A stretch of 64,000 nt of DNA from Candidatus Thorarchaeota archaeon (lineage in GTDB: Archaea > Asgardarchaeota > Thorarchaeia > Thorarchaeales > Thorarchaeaceae), in NCBI GenBank assembly GCA_029855935.1, contig JAGSHN010000016.1, positions 96,001 to 160,000 on the forward strand, read 5' to 3'. Shown here piece after piece: positions 48,239-57,306 of the stretch. Under the pieces are notes generated by a model that saw nothing but the letters and a program-made list of their open reading frames with translations, had not been told where the DNA came from and did no database searches. Every line of letters begins with the position of its first letter. The stretch's first letter is position 1. Position numbers and translations under genes: made by a program.

Positions 48239-49393
48239 GTGCGCATAGGAGTGAACCTGTTTCCATCGGTCGGAGGGTCCGGAAACCTCGCCACAAGACT
48301 CGGAGAACATCTCGCGGATAGGGGTCATATCATCCACTTCATATCGTACCAGAAACCATTCTCGTTGATGTGGCAGCAGCCGAAGGGCGTCTACGTTGAC
48401 CTTGTGGACAACTTTGACTATCCGCTCTTCAAGGACATAGGTTCTCCGTATGGTGTCGCTCTCTCATCCAAGATCGTCCGCGTCAGCCGTTCCGCCAATC
48501 TCGACGTTGTTCACTCTCACTATGCGATACCCCACGCGATGGCAGCGTTCGTGGCAAGGGAGATAACTGGTGTCCCCTATGTGGTGACACTGCACGGCTC
48601 TGATGTGCACACACTGGGCATCGACCCGGCGTACAGACCGATCGTGAAGCATACTGTACAGCACGCTGATGCCGTCACAACTGTTGCTGAGTTTCTGAGA
48701 CAGAAGGCGCTCAACGAGCTTGGCATCGAGCGTGAGATAGAGGTCATCCCAAACTTCATTGACGTGCAGACGTTCAGACGTGCCGAGGGGCTTCGCCTCG
48801 TTGTCGAGAGCGGTTGTGTTGCTCTACGTAGCGGAACCGAGACGATCGACCCAGAGGAGCGAGTGATACTTCACGCCTCCAACTTCAGACCCGTCAAGCG
48901 CGTGGTCGATCTCATAGACGCGATGCGTCTTGTCGTCGACGAGCTACCACGCACACGCCTCGTCATTGCGGGGGATGGGCCGACAAGGATACAGGTGGAG
49001 CGCAGGATCGAGGAGCTAGGCCTGTGTGATAATGTTCACCTGCTCGGCATAAAGAGCAACATGCGTGAGCTGATGTGTACGGCCGACCTGTTCGTTCTCA
49101 ACTCGACGGTCGAGGGAATGCCTCTCGTTCTTCTTGAGGCAATGGCATGTTCGGTGCCTGTGGTGACAACTCCTGCAGGCGGTGTTCCCGAACTCGTACG
49201 CCCGGGAGTCGATGGTGTGGTAACCGAGGGCTTTGAGACAGAGGAGCTGGCATCTGCCATCATCGAGACTCTGGAGGACGATGTCCGTCGCCAGTCGTTG
49301 GGCCGTGCTGGACGGCGTCGCGTCGAGGAGAGCTTCTCAGCATCAGCAGTTGTGCCACGCTACGAGCGACTCTTTGAAGAGGTAATCGAGTAG
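48239..49393 (+). CDS. bshA: N-acetyl-alpha-D-glucosaminyl L-malate synthase (GT4)
   Basis: RIGVNLFPSVGGSG..AT.LG..LA.RGH, HSHYAIPHA, TLHGSD, HASNFRPVKRV. Confidence 0.88.
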   Translation: MRIGVNLFPSVGGSGNLATRLGEHLADRGHIIHFISYQKPFSLMWQQPKGVYVDLVDNFDYPLFKDIGSPYGVALSSKIVRVSRSANLDVVHSHYAIPHAMAAFVAREITGVPYVVTLHGSDVHTLGIDPAYRPIVKHTVQHADAVTTVAEFLRQKALNELGIEREIEVIPNFIDVQTFRRAEGLRLVVESGCVALRSGTETIDPEERVILHASNFRPVKRVVDLIDAMRLVVDELPRTRLVIAGDGPTRIQVERRIEELGLCDNVHLLGIKSNMRELMCTADLFVLNSTVEGMPLVLLEAMACSVPVVTTPAGGVPELVRPGVDGVVTEGFETEELASAIIETLEDDVRRQSLGRAGRRRVEESFSASAVVPRYERLFEEVIE

Positions 49394-49404
49394 GAGTCTG
49401 ATGT

Positions 49405-51147
49405 GTGACGATGAACGGCAGCGTGACCTCAGCATACGACGCATATCTCGCAACAGGAGAGAACGCGGACCTGGTGCGGTATCTGTATGATGATCCTCCC
49501 GTGACGCTCAGAGCGGTGGCCCGGCGCATCCCCTCGGTGATGGAGGAGTTCTCACGCCGGGATGACTGGTTCTCGGAGGAGCGCATTCGTCGCTTGCAGG
49601 CGGCTCTCATTGCTGAGAGCAAGAGACTCGGCTCTCTGACGCCCCGCGTCCGAGAGTCAATCGATCACATTCACGAGGGTGTTGTTGAGGCTGCACATCA
49701 GAGTGTTGTGCTTGGTGGGCCTGCGTTCGTCTTGAACAAGGCGGCAACGTCAGTGGCAATCGTCCGCACAGCAAGGGCCCTGGCTATATCTGCAGTGCCA
49801 TTCTTCTGCGTCGCAGACTATGATGAGGTCCAGCCAGAGCTCACCCACATCAGGACTCCTCTTCTCGGTCACGAGGGGGTGCTCATCCGCGTTCCCGTGC
49901 CGGAGGGGTACGAGAGGTCACCAGTAAGCGCCCTGCCCCTGCCTGGCCCGACTTGGTATGAGGAGTTGGAGGAGAGTATTCGAGAGGGCTACAGGCCGCT
50001 GTTCAAGACCCTTGAGGGCACTGCGAGAACTCTATACCATGAGCGTCTTGAGCAGGCCCTCTCGATGGCTCGCTGGGCCTATCACAGTTCGACGACAATG
50101 GGAGAGTGGGGGACGCGTATCATGGGGCATCTATTCAACATCGAGGGCGACCTCGGTATCCCGCTGTATCCCGCCTCCTCCCACGAGCTCCGAAGGCTCT
50201 GGGTCACAGGAATGGAGCTCCTCCTCCGAGAGGATGTCCGTGAGGTCTTCCTGTCCGTACAGAGTGACACAACGAAGCGTATCACCGACCGTGGACTCAG
50301 ACCGGGACTCTCACCGCGCGACAGGCAGTACGTCCCGTTCTTCTACGAGTGTCCCAACGAGGACTGTCACCGCCAACGCGTTCGTCTAGACTATGAACGC
50401 CGCGGGGACAGGATTGAGATTCTCGGCCAATGTACCGGCTGCGGCGATAGAGTGGTCATCGAGACCTCTGCAGAGGATCCCGATCTTGGAGAACACGCCC
50501 ATCTGTTGTCCCCAAGGGTCGACTCGCGACAGTTCATTATCGACACGGCGGTACCGGTGGCAGTCCACGTTGGCGGCCCTGGCGAGGCTGCCTACTATTC
50601 TCAGGTGATTCCGGTAGCCAGAGCGTTGGAGGTGCCGTTTCCAGTCTTTGTGAAGTATACGCGCGTCTACTTCAACACTCCCTGGGCTGAGAGACTCGGC
50701 AAGAGCCTTGCCGCACGGGGCCTTCCCGTTCTGCACGAGTCCACTCTCTTCAAGTATGTTGGCAAGGTGGCGCGTCTGAGGAAGAAAGGCCGCTACGGGG
50801 AGATGTATAGCATCCTGAATCAGCTTGAGGAGTTCATCCGGGCGCGGGAGCGTGACATGATAGCAAGACTCGCCCAGCTCGGGCAGAATACACCAGCCGA
50901 TGGGGGCACTGCTGAGACGGACGCTGACAAAGAGCATCTCACAAGGACACGAACGGACCTCCAGACCTACTTGAGCTGGACCTACGGACGGTACGCTCCG
51001 GAGAAGAGTGCTCAAGAGGCCTCGTGGTCATGGATTGAGTGGGCGGTGAATGCGGGATTCTCTGACCTGTTCGGCCCCTATGAGCGGATGTACGTGCCTG
51101 ACGCGAGAGTGGGCGGCACGCAGTTTGTCAATCTCGGGCTCGTGTGA
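49405..51147 (+). CDS. bshC: Bacillithiol biosynthesis cysteine-adding enzyme BshC-like
   Basis: AHQSVVLGGPAFVLNKA (GQQ...GP.Y..K-like), DYDEV, LSPRV..R, GGPGEAAYYSQ, C-terminal coiled coil; directly after bshA. Confidence 0.8.
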   Translation: MTMNGSVTSAYDAYLATGENADLVRYLYDDPPVTLRAVARRIPSVMEEFSRRDDWFSEERIRRLQAALIAESKRLGSLTPRVRESIDHIHEGVVEAAHQSVVLGGPAFVLNKAATSVAIVRTARALAISAVPFFCVADYDEVQPELTHIRTPLLGHEGVLIRVPVPEGYERSPVSALPLPGPTWYEELEESIREGYRPLFKTLEGTARTLYHERLEQALSMARWAYHSSTTMGEWGTRIMGHLFNIEGDLGIPLYPASSHELRRLWVTGMELLLREDVREVFLSVQSDTTKRITDRGLRPGLSPRDRQYVPFFYECPNEDCHRQRVRLDYERRGDRIEILGQCTGCGDRVVIETSAEDPDLGEHAHLLSPRVDSRQFIIDTAVPVAVHVGGPGEAAYYSQVIPVARALEVPFPVFVKYTRVYFNTPWAERLGKSLAARGLPVLHESTLFKYVGKVARLRKKGRYGEMYSILNQLEEFIRARERDMIARLAQLGQNTPADGGTAETDADKEHLTRTRTDLQTYLSWTYGRYAPEKSAQEASWSWIEWAVNAGFSDLFGPYERMYVPDARVGGTQFVNLGLV

Positions 51148-51153
51148 TGCAGG

Positions 51154-52425
51154 TCACCCGAGCTCCTTGGTGAGCAGCTGGCCCAGTCTTGTGACACCCA
51201 CCTCAATCTCTTCTTCATCGGCATACGAGAAGCCCAGTCTCATTGTGTTTGGCTGAACCTTGCTGTCGACCAGATCGGTGCCGTCCTCGTTCAGGCTGTA
51301 GCCCGTCAGCGGATAGAATGGTCCCCCTGGCACGTAGATCACATCGTTGGGGATGGCCACGTCCATCATGAACTTCTTGCTGTCAAAGTCCTTCTTCTCG
51401 CTCTCCCACCAGATGAAGAATCCGCCTGTCGGGTCAGTTCTCTCACCAGCCGGGAACGACTCATCTATCGCCTTGGCCATCGCCTTGTAGCGCTTGTAGT
51501 ACTCTGGCACACTCCTCTTCATTGCGTCATCGATGTACTTGGAGTAGTACTCATCTAGGACTCTCTGCACAAGTGTGGATGTGCACAGGTCAAGGTATCC
51601 CTTGTCCTTCAGCACCTGTTCTTTTATCGCCGGGGGCAACACGGAATAGCCCACACGTAGTACAGCGGCCTCCTTGCTCGTCGTGCCAAGATACGCCACG
51701 CGGGAGTTCTCTTTGTCGAGGGTCTTGATTGCTGGCAGAGTCTTCTTGAACTGGATCTCTGCATAGGCGCAGTCCTCCACGAGCAGGACATTGTGGGTCT
51801 CACAGATGTCGAACAACGCCTGCCGCCTCGACATCGGCAGTGTGGTGCCCTTCGGATTATCAGAGTCAGGCACGACATACAGCATGTCAGGCGTTCTGCC
51901 GAACTTGACCTTAGACAGATGGATTGCTCTCTCCACGTACTCGGGGATTATCCCATCGAGGTCCGTGGGGACAGTCACAATCCTCGCTCCGAGCTTGACA
52001 GCAGGCACGAGAAAGCCGAGATAGGAGGGTGAGGGCGTTATTATGACATCGCCCGTGTCAATGAGGGTATCAAGCAGTGCGTAGAGCGCCTGCTGACTGC
52101 CGTTTGTGATTGTGACATTCTCCCACTCGGTCTCGGGATCGATGGGCAGATTCCTCACATCGTGGAGGCGCCTTGCCAGCGTCTTCAGAAACCACGGCTG
52201 ACCGCCTGTCGGACCATAGTTGAGGTCCTCTATTGCCAGCTCAGGGTTCTCCTTGTATAGCTCGCTCAGGTGCGCAAGAATCTCAGCAAAGGCGTCTGTG
52301 GGGATCACTCCTGGCTTTCCGCCGGCGAAGTAGTACTTGACCTTGTATCTCAAGAGAGCACGAATCTGCGATTCTGCGATAAAGCTAGTCCACGTCGCCA
52401 ACGCGAATCCATTCTGTTTGTTCAT
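51154..52425 (-). CDS. PLP-dependent aminotransferase class I/II (2-aminoadipate transaminase-like)
   Basis: TNGSQQAL, PSYLG, NPKG, EDCAY, TTSK, LRVGY, GGFFIW. Confidence 0.88.
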   Translation of the reverse strand: MNKQNGFALATWTSFIAESQIRALLRYKVKYYFAGGKPGVIPTDAFAEILAHLSELYKENPELAIEDLNYGPTGGQPWFLKTLARRLHDVRNLPIDPETEWENVTITNGSQQALYALLDTLIDTGDVIITPSPSYLGFLVPAVKLGARIVTVPTDLDGIIPEYVERAIHLSKVKFGRTPDMLYVVPDSDNPKGTTLPMSRRQALFDICETHNVLLVEDCAYAEIQFKKTLPAIKTLDKENSRVAYLGTTSKEAAVLRVGYSVLPPAIKEQVLKDKGYLDLCTSTLVQRVLDEYYSKYIDDAMKRSVPEYYKRYKAMAKAIDESFPAGERTDPTGGFFIWWESEKKDFDSKKFMMDVAIPNDVIYVPGGPFYPLTGYSLNEDGTDLVDSKVQPNTMRLGFSYADEEEIEVGVTRLGQLLTKELG

Positions 52426-52622
52426 CTGGTATCCGCTCCGAGGGCTTCAGACCTCGCATGCCGGGTGATGTACAACTCTGTACAAGTACATCGATAACCC
52501 GTCTCTCCGGCTCTTTATCTGTTTCTGAGGGCACGGCCCTCTCTCTGTAACAAAATGGTCATCGATGTACAACTCGGTGCATCTTGTTCTCTCAGTGAGT
52601 TGTTGCATAGTGGTCATAGGGA

Positions 52623-53408
52623 TCACCACGTCTGCGACGCAAGCTGCTGCGCCGCGGCCCTGGGGTCCTCTGCCTCCACTATCGCCCGACCCACGATTAC
52701 ATAGTCGGCTCCTGCATCAATTGCTGTACGCGCATCACCACCCTGTGCCCCTACTCCCGGGCTGAGAATGGGAATCTCCTCTCCGAGGACCTCTCTGACC
52801 TCCCTGATCTTGGCAGGCTGCGTCGCTCCGACAATGACTCCATCTGCATCCCAGAGTCGCGCCATACGAGCGAACTTGAGGTAGAGTGGCTCGAACCTCT
52901 TCTTCTTGGCATCCTCCACGACCTGCAGCCCGAATCCATCCTCGGCACCGGGATGGGACATGTAGCAGAGCAGGATGACGCCCTTCTTCCTCTCTCTCGC
53001 TGTCTTGAACACTCTATCAAGACCCTCTGTCCATCCAACGATGGGGTTCGCAATGACGGCGTCAAACCCCGCATCAAGATAGTATCGGGTGATCACGGCG
53101 TTGGTGTTGCCGATGTCGTTGATCTTGCAGTCCATTATGGCGATGAGCCCCTGGTCATGAACTGCATCTATGAGGCTCGGCACCCTGTCGTAGAGCCCCA
53201 GCGGGAGAACTAGATGACGATTGAACTTGAAGGCGGCCACGTGGTCGGCGGTGGCTGATATGATCTGGCGGGCCTCTCTCTCCAGACGGTCACGTTCTGA
53301 GGCTGCGAGTGAGCCGCCTCCCATAGGAATTGTGGCGGCGAGGTCGAGAGCCAATATCAGACGCGACTTTCTCACGTAGGAGGCCGCTGAGAGCTTCCTC
53401 TTGAGCAT
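52623..53408 (-). CDS. pyrF: Orotidine-5'-phosphate decarboxylase
   Basis: ILALD, DCKINDIGNT, MSHPG, SPGVGAQGG, IVGRAI. Confidence 0.93.
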   Translation of the reverse strand: MLKRKLSAASYVRKSRLILALDLAATIPMGGGSLAASERDRLEREARQIISATADHVAAFKFNRHLVLPLGLYDRVPSLIDAVHDQGLIAIMDCKINDIGNTNAVITRYYLDAGFDAVIANPIVGWTEGLDRVFKTARERKKGVILLCYMSHPGAEDGFGLQVVEDAKKKRFEPLYLKFARMARLWDADGVIVGATQPAKIREVREVLGEEIPILSPGVGAQGGDARTAIDAGADYVIVGRAIVEAEDPRAAAQQLASQTW

Positions 53409-53490
53409 CAGAATCCCTCCGGACGCACGCTCCAGTTATCCCCGACCACACTTATATGAGATGTGGCTGCCGCTCTCGCGTGGTGATGTG

Positions 53491-54534
53491 ATGAGCCCAG
53501 ACTGGCTGGCGACCCGTGTCACTGTCGTGGCAATGGCCGTTGCAGCACCGGTCTACTTCTTTGCGCTCGTCTGGTCACTACCCTTTGCGCTCACCCCTCT
53601 TGGCGTGCCGCTCTGGGACTGGATGTTCACCTTCATCGTTGTGCCGTCGGTGTTCTCAATCACGTGGGTAGTACTGATCTTCCTGAATCGCTATAGACTG
53701 GCCAACACCGTCCACATAATGCACTCAACGATGGTGTCCGTACCGCTTCGCTGGCGCGTCTTCTATGGGCTGAACGCGGCCTTCGTGATGATGTTCTTCA
53801 TCCTGCCAGTCGTCACGGCCCCGGTGGCCGTCATCGGTGGGTTGGCTCTCGCGGGAGCGACGACTCACCGCCTCCTCCGCGGTAGGTCAGGTCGTGGCTC
53901 GGTCATCGGGCTGTTCTACGTTCTCCTTGCTGTTGTCCTCGTCGTCCTGCCAGCCTACATAGTCTGGTCGTTCGTACCGCGCTACATAGTCATCTGGAAC
54001 ACTATGATCACGGCCTGGACAGATGCGTGGATTGGGATTGCCAACGGTATCGCGCAGTGCCTCGTGAACTCGCTCAGCCTGTGTTCTCCAATTCATTTCA
54101 TCTATTTCAGCGCACAGCAATATGAGCAGGGCGTCTTTGGCGAGGTCTACAGTGAGAAACCTGCTCACGCAATCCGTGCTCTTGAGGGACTACTCTTTGT
54201 TGTCTTTCTCATTCTATATCTGCCCCCCATGATCACGCCACTGGGAACGCTACCTCTGCTTGACATGCGCTGGCTCTTCACGAACTACATCAACTGGGCC
54301 TCTCTGGGTGTCGTCGCGATAATGACACTGGTCAAGAGACTGACTCACGTGGTAAATGACACGACCATTGGCGGAGCCACGAACACGCTCGTGGTCAGTA
54401 TGTTCCTGCTGGTCGAGATATTCTTCAAGACGAATCTTCTAGTGGTGACACTCGTCATCTGGCTCGCATTCCTGATCTTCGCGCTTGTCACACTGCTCAG
54501 CCTTGCACAGGCCTCACCGAGGGAGATGTATTGA
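53491..54534 (+). CDS. Hypothetical polytopic membrane protein
   Basis: About 9-10 hydrophobic segments; stop overlaps the NUDIX start. Confidence 0.75.
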   Translation: MSPDWLATRVTVVAMAVAAPVYFFALVWSLPFALTPLGVPLWDWMFTFIVVPSVFSITWVVLIFLNRYRLANTVHIMHSTMVSVPLRWRVFYGLNAAFVMMFFILPVVTAPVAVIGGLALAGATTHRLLRGRSGRGSVIGLFYVLLAVVLVVLPAYIVWSFVPRYIVIWNTMITAWTDAWIGIANGIAQCLVNSLSLCSPIHFIYFSAQQYEQGVFGEVYSEKPAHAIRALEGLLFVVFLILYLPPMITPLGTLPLLDMRWLFTNYINWASLGVVAIMTLVKRLTHVVNDTTIGGATNTLVVSMFLLVEIFFKTNLLVVTLVIWLAFLIFALVTLLSLAQASPREMY

Positions 54535-54980
54535 CAAGGTATAGGAATCCCACACCGACTGTCGACATTGCGATAGTTGATGACTCGGAGCGCATTGTCG
54601 TCGTTCAGCGCGGTCGAGAGCCGTTTCGCGGGAGGTGGGTGCTCCCCGGCGGCTTTGTCGAGTATGGCGAGACCGTGGAGCAGGCGGCTGTGCGCGAGGC
54701 ATTGGAGGAGACTGGTCTTGAGGTCGACCTCAGGGCCATCCTGGGTGTCTATAGCGACCCTCGACGCGACCCTAGAGGCCATACTATCACAACTGTCTTC
54801 GTGGCGCGACCTGTCGGCGGAGAGCTGCGCGGCGGTGACGATGCCTCTGCCGCGCGATGGGCCCCTCTCAGTCAGCTGAGGCGCTCTGAACTCGCCTTTG
54901 ACCACGGCCTCATCGTGAGGGATCTACTCGTCTGGATACGACACGGTGGGACATTCTGGTCCACGAAGAGAAGAGACTAG
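54531..54980 (+). CDS. NUDIX hydrolase
   Basis: LPGGFVEYGETVEQAAVREALEETGL; YSDPRRDPRGH. Confidence 0.93.
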   Translation: MTRYRNPTPTVDIAIVDDSERIVVVQRGREPFRGRWVLPGGFVEYGETVEQAAVREALEETGLEVDLRAILGVYSDPRRDPRGHTITTVFVARPVGGELRGGDDASAARWAPLSQLRRSELAFDHGLIVRDLLVWIRHGGTFWSTKRRD

Positions 54981-55333
54981 AGGTCGAGAATCTCGGGCAT
55001 ATGAGCGAGATTCACGATTGGTAGGTGGAGCACCATCGGCTCCGCCTCGACAGAGTCCACAAACTTGACCTCCTCCTTCGGCCTCGATCTGTAGGCCAGG
55101 AAGTTACCCGAGGGCGCCTCATCGGTCTCCACATAGACCCAGAGGGGCAGCCCGTACATCTCATAGTATCCGTGGTTGGATATCAGAGTGCCATAGATAT
55201 GCTTTCCCTTGTGCTCGAAGTGAAGCATCGATGCAGGTCTGTCTCGCTGTGACCAGGACACAAGCATCCTTGCAAGGTCGATCATCGATGCAATTCTCAG
55301 ATTGACAGGCGGTCTGATGTCCTCCCTTGTCAT
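54977..55333 (-). CDS. Conserved archaeal-type hypothetical protein
   Basis: Clean ORF: IASMIDLAR...YYEMYGLP...LPIVNL. Confidence 0.65.
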   Translation of the reverse strand: MTREDIRPPVNLRIASMIDLARMLVSWSQRDRPASMLHFEHKGKHIYGTLISNHGYYEMYGLPLWVYVETDEAPSGNFLAYRSRPKEEVKFVDSVEAEPMVLHLPIVNLAHMPEILDL

Positions 55334-55441
55334 TGTACCACCGCCCGGGAGTGTCCACCTTTTGCTTTTAAGCAATCGCGTGGGGGCCGTGATAGTGGCC
55401 CATCGTTACACTCAAAACGCTGCTCCCGCGCTGGTATTCCT

Positions 55442-56221
55442 ATGTCGGATGTCATTCAGGACGGCTCTCTCGTGTACATATTCCTTGACGCCCGCCGGAA
55501 CTGGATTCGCAGGGTCCGTGCAGGAGAGGGCTTTCACTCCAATAGGGGGATCATCTACTACGACGACATCATAGGACGTCCCTATGGTATCAAGGTCAGG
55601 AGTCACTCCGGAACGGAGTTCCAGATCCACCGACCCAGCCCGACTGATGTGCAGATCGCGATGGGGCGCAACACGCAGATAGTCTATCCGAAGGACGCCG
55701 GTACGATTCTGATTGAGGCCGGGATTCACGCGGGTTGTCGCGTTGTCGAGTCTGGCACAGGGTCCGGCGCCCTCACGGGAGTTCTCGCGCGCGCAGTGGG
55801 GCCGACGGGTCGTGTCTACACCTACGAGGTCCGGGAGGACATGTTCAAGGGCGCAAGAAAGAATCTGGAGAAGTTCGGACTTCTCGATAATGTGACGATG
55901 TACAATGAGGACATACTGGATGGCATCCACGAGAGTGACGTCGACGCCGTCGTGCTGGACCTCGCCACACCATGGCTGGTGGTGGACGAGGCGCACCGTG
56001 TGCTGAGACCGAGCCACTATCTCGCAAGCTATAGTCCGACCATCGAGCAGGTGATGCGGACCTGCAAGGCACTGGGAGAGAGTGGGAGGTGGGGGATGAT
56101 CAAGACTCTCGAGGTGCTACAGCGGGAGATAATGGTCCGTGAGGGCAAGACCCGTCCGACAACATGGATGGTCGCCCATACCGGGTACATGACCTTTGCG
56201 AGAGCGCTTGTTGTCGAGTAG
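55442..56221 (+). CDS. trmI: tRNA (adenine-58/57-N1)-methyltransferase
   Basis: RNTQIVYPKD, ESGTGSGALT, YE, LDLATPW, YSPTIEQV, HTGY. Confidence 0.93.
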   Translation: MSDVIQDGSLVYIFLDARRNWIRRVRAGEGFHSNRGIIYYDDIIGRPYGIKVRSHSGTEFQIHRPSPTDVQIAMGRNTQIVYPKDAGTILIEAGIHAGCRVVESGTGSGALTGVLARAVGPTGRVYTYEVREDMFKGARKNLEKFGLLDNVTMYNEDILDGIHESDVDAVVLDLATPWLVVDEAHRVLRPSHYLASYSPTIEQVMRTCKALGESGRWGMIKTLEVLQREIMVREGKTRPTTWMVAHTGYMTFARALVVE

Positions 56222-56247
56222 CAGGCTGTTCTCGTTGCTTGCAAAGG

Positions 56248-56311
56248 TTTATATCATCTCCCTACCTGTTGTCGGTTGTCGACTGTTGTCGATTATTGCC
56301 GATTACTGTCG
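56248..56311 (+). promoter_or_regulatory. TATA box followed by 10-bp-phased TGYCG direct repeats (putative operator)
   Basis: TTTATAT at 56248; TGTCG/TGCCG cores at 56277, 56287, 56297, 56307, plus one at 56270. Confidence 0.55.
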
Positions 56312-56326
56312 GCGGTGGCGACGATA

Positions 56327-56707
56327 ATGAGATACCATCACAAGAGAGCTCCGTGCTGTAAGGACACGCGGGAGATACTTGAGAACGTGTTGAAGGCCGA
56401 GGAGGTCGTCTATGACCTCATTGAGAGATCTGAGTCCGTCAGTGTGAAGAGTCCGGCTGAGGAGGCCCTTGGCTCAGGGACCGATGTCAACGTGATGGAC
56501 GAGACTGCGGACAGGGTCCTCAGCAATGGACCCGCCAAGTCCGAGGAGCTGGCCCCCAGTCCAGCCACAGCGAACGGTGCGGGAACGGAGGTCTACAAGA
56601 ACTCCCTTGAGGTCGGCCTACGTGTCCCCGATGCGGAAGATCCCTACAAGAAGCGACGTGCAAGGGGCAACAGGCTCGACGGCTACAGGGACTACTATGA
56701 GTTGTGA
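56327..56707 (+). CDS. Hypothetical, largely low-complexity protein
   Basis: ORF fills the gap between the promoter and the wHTH gene; start uncertain. Confidence 0.55.
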   Translation: MRYHHKRAPCCKDTREILENVLKAEEVVYDLIERSESVSVKSPAEEALGSGTDVNVMDETADRVLSNGPAKSEELAPSPATANGAGTEVYKNSLEVGLRVPDAEDPYKKRRARGNRLDGYRDYYEL

Positions 56708-56728
56708 TTGAGGGGGGTCGACTAGAGA

Positions 56729-57106
56729 TTGAGTGAACATGACGAGGTCGAGCGGCTGCGGCAGGAGATAAGAGAGCTCCGCCAGACCGTGCAGACACTG
56801 CGCGAGATCATCAACTCGCTCACTCACAGGCTCGACACTGGAGCGGTTCAGCGTGAGAGTGCGAAGGCCGGGACGTACAGTGTGAGCAGTAGCATCGACA
56901 AGTGTCTTCAGGATGCGAGCTGGGGTCGTCTTCTGAATCTGCTCGAACGGGCTGATGCCGGGCTCACGGCTGCGGAACTGGCCCGGCGCTGGGGCAAGTC
57001 CCGATCAAGGACGAGTGAGGTCCTCAACAGGCTTGTGGCCGAGGGTCGTGTGGTAAAGTATCGTGATGGAAGGCGAATACGTTTCCGTGCGCTTGACACA
57101 GACTGA
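56729..57106 (+). CDS. Coiled-coil plus winged-HTH DNA-binding protein
   Basis: VERLRQEIRELRQTVQTLREI; LTAAELARRWGKSRSRTSEVLNRLVAEGRV. Confidence 0.8.
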   Translation: MSEHDEVERLRQEIRELRQTVQTLREIINSLTHRLDTGAVQRESAKAGTYSVSSSIDKCLQDASWGRLLNLLERADAGLTAAELARRWGKSRSRTSEVLNRLVAEGRVVKYRDGRRIRFRALDTD

Positions 57107-57306
57107 ATGACATCTGTGCAATGAGACAGCGCGATGGGAGAGGCGCTGTCCGGGTCCTCTTCATCACCGGAGAGGATGAATTCTGGGGGCGTCCCCCTCT
57201 CTGACCTTTCATAGCACGAAATCTAGGTGTTGCGAGGTCCCAATTAGTCTTAAGTAGAGGGTCACACCCGTAGTACTATTCGAGTGTGCCACAAGGGGTC
57301 TGCCAG

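Noticed and set aside
57130-57205. GC-rich hairpin after the wHTH gene as an ncRNA
   Set aside because: Imperfect pairing and no family hallmark; may simply be a terminator.
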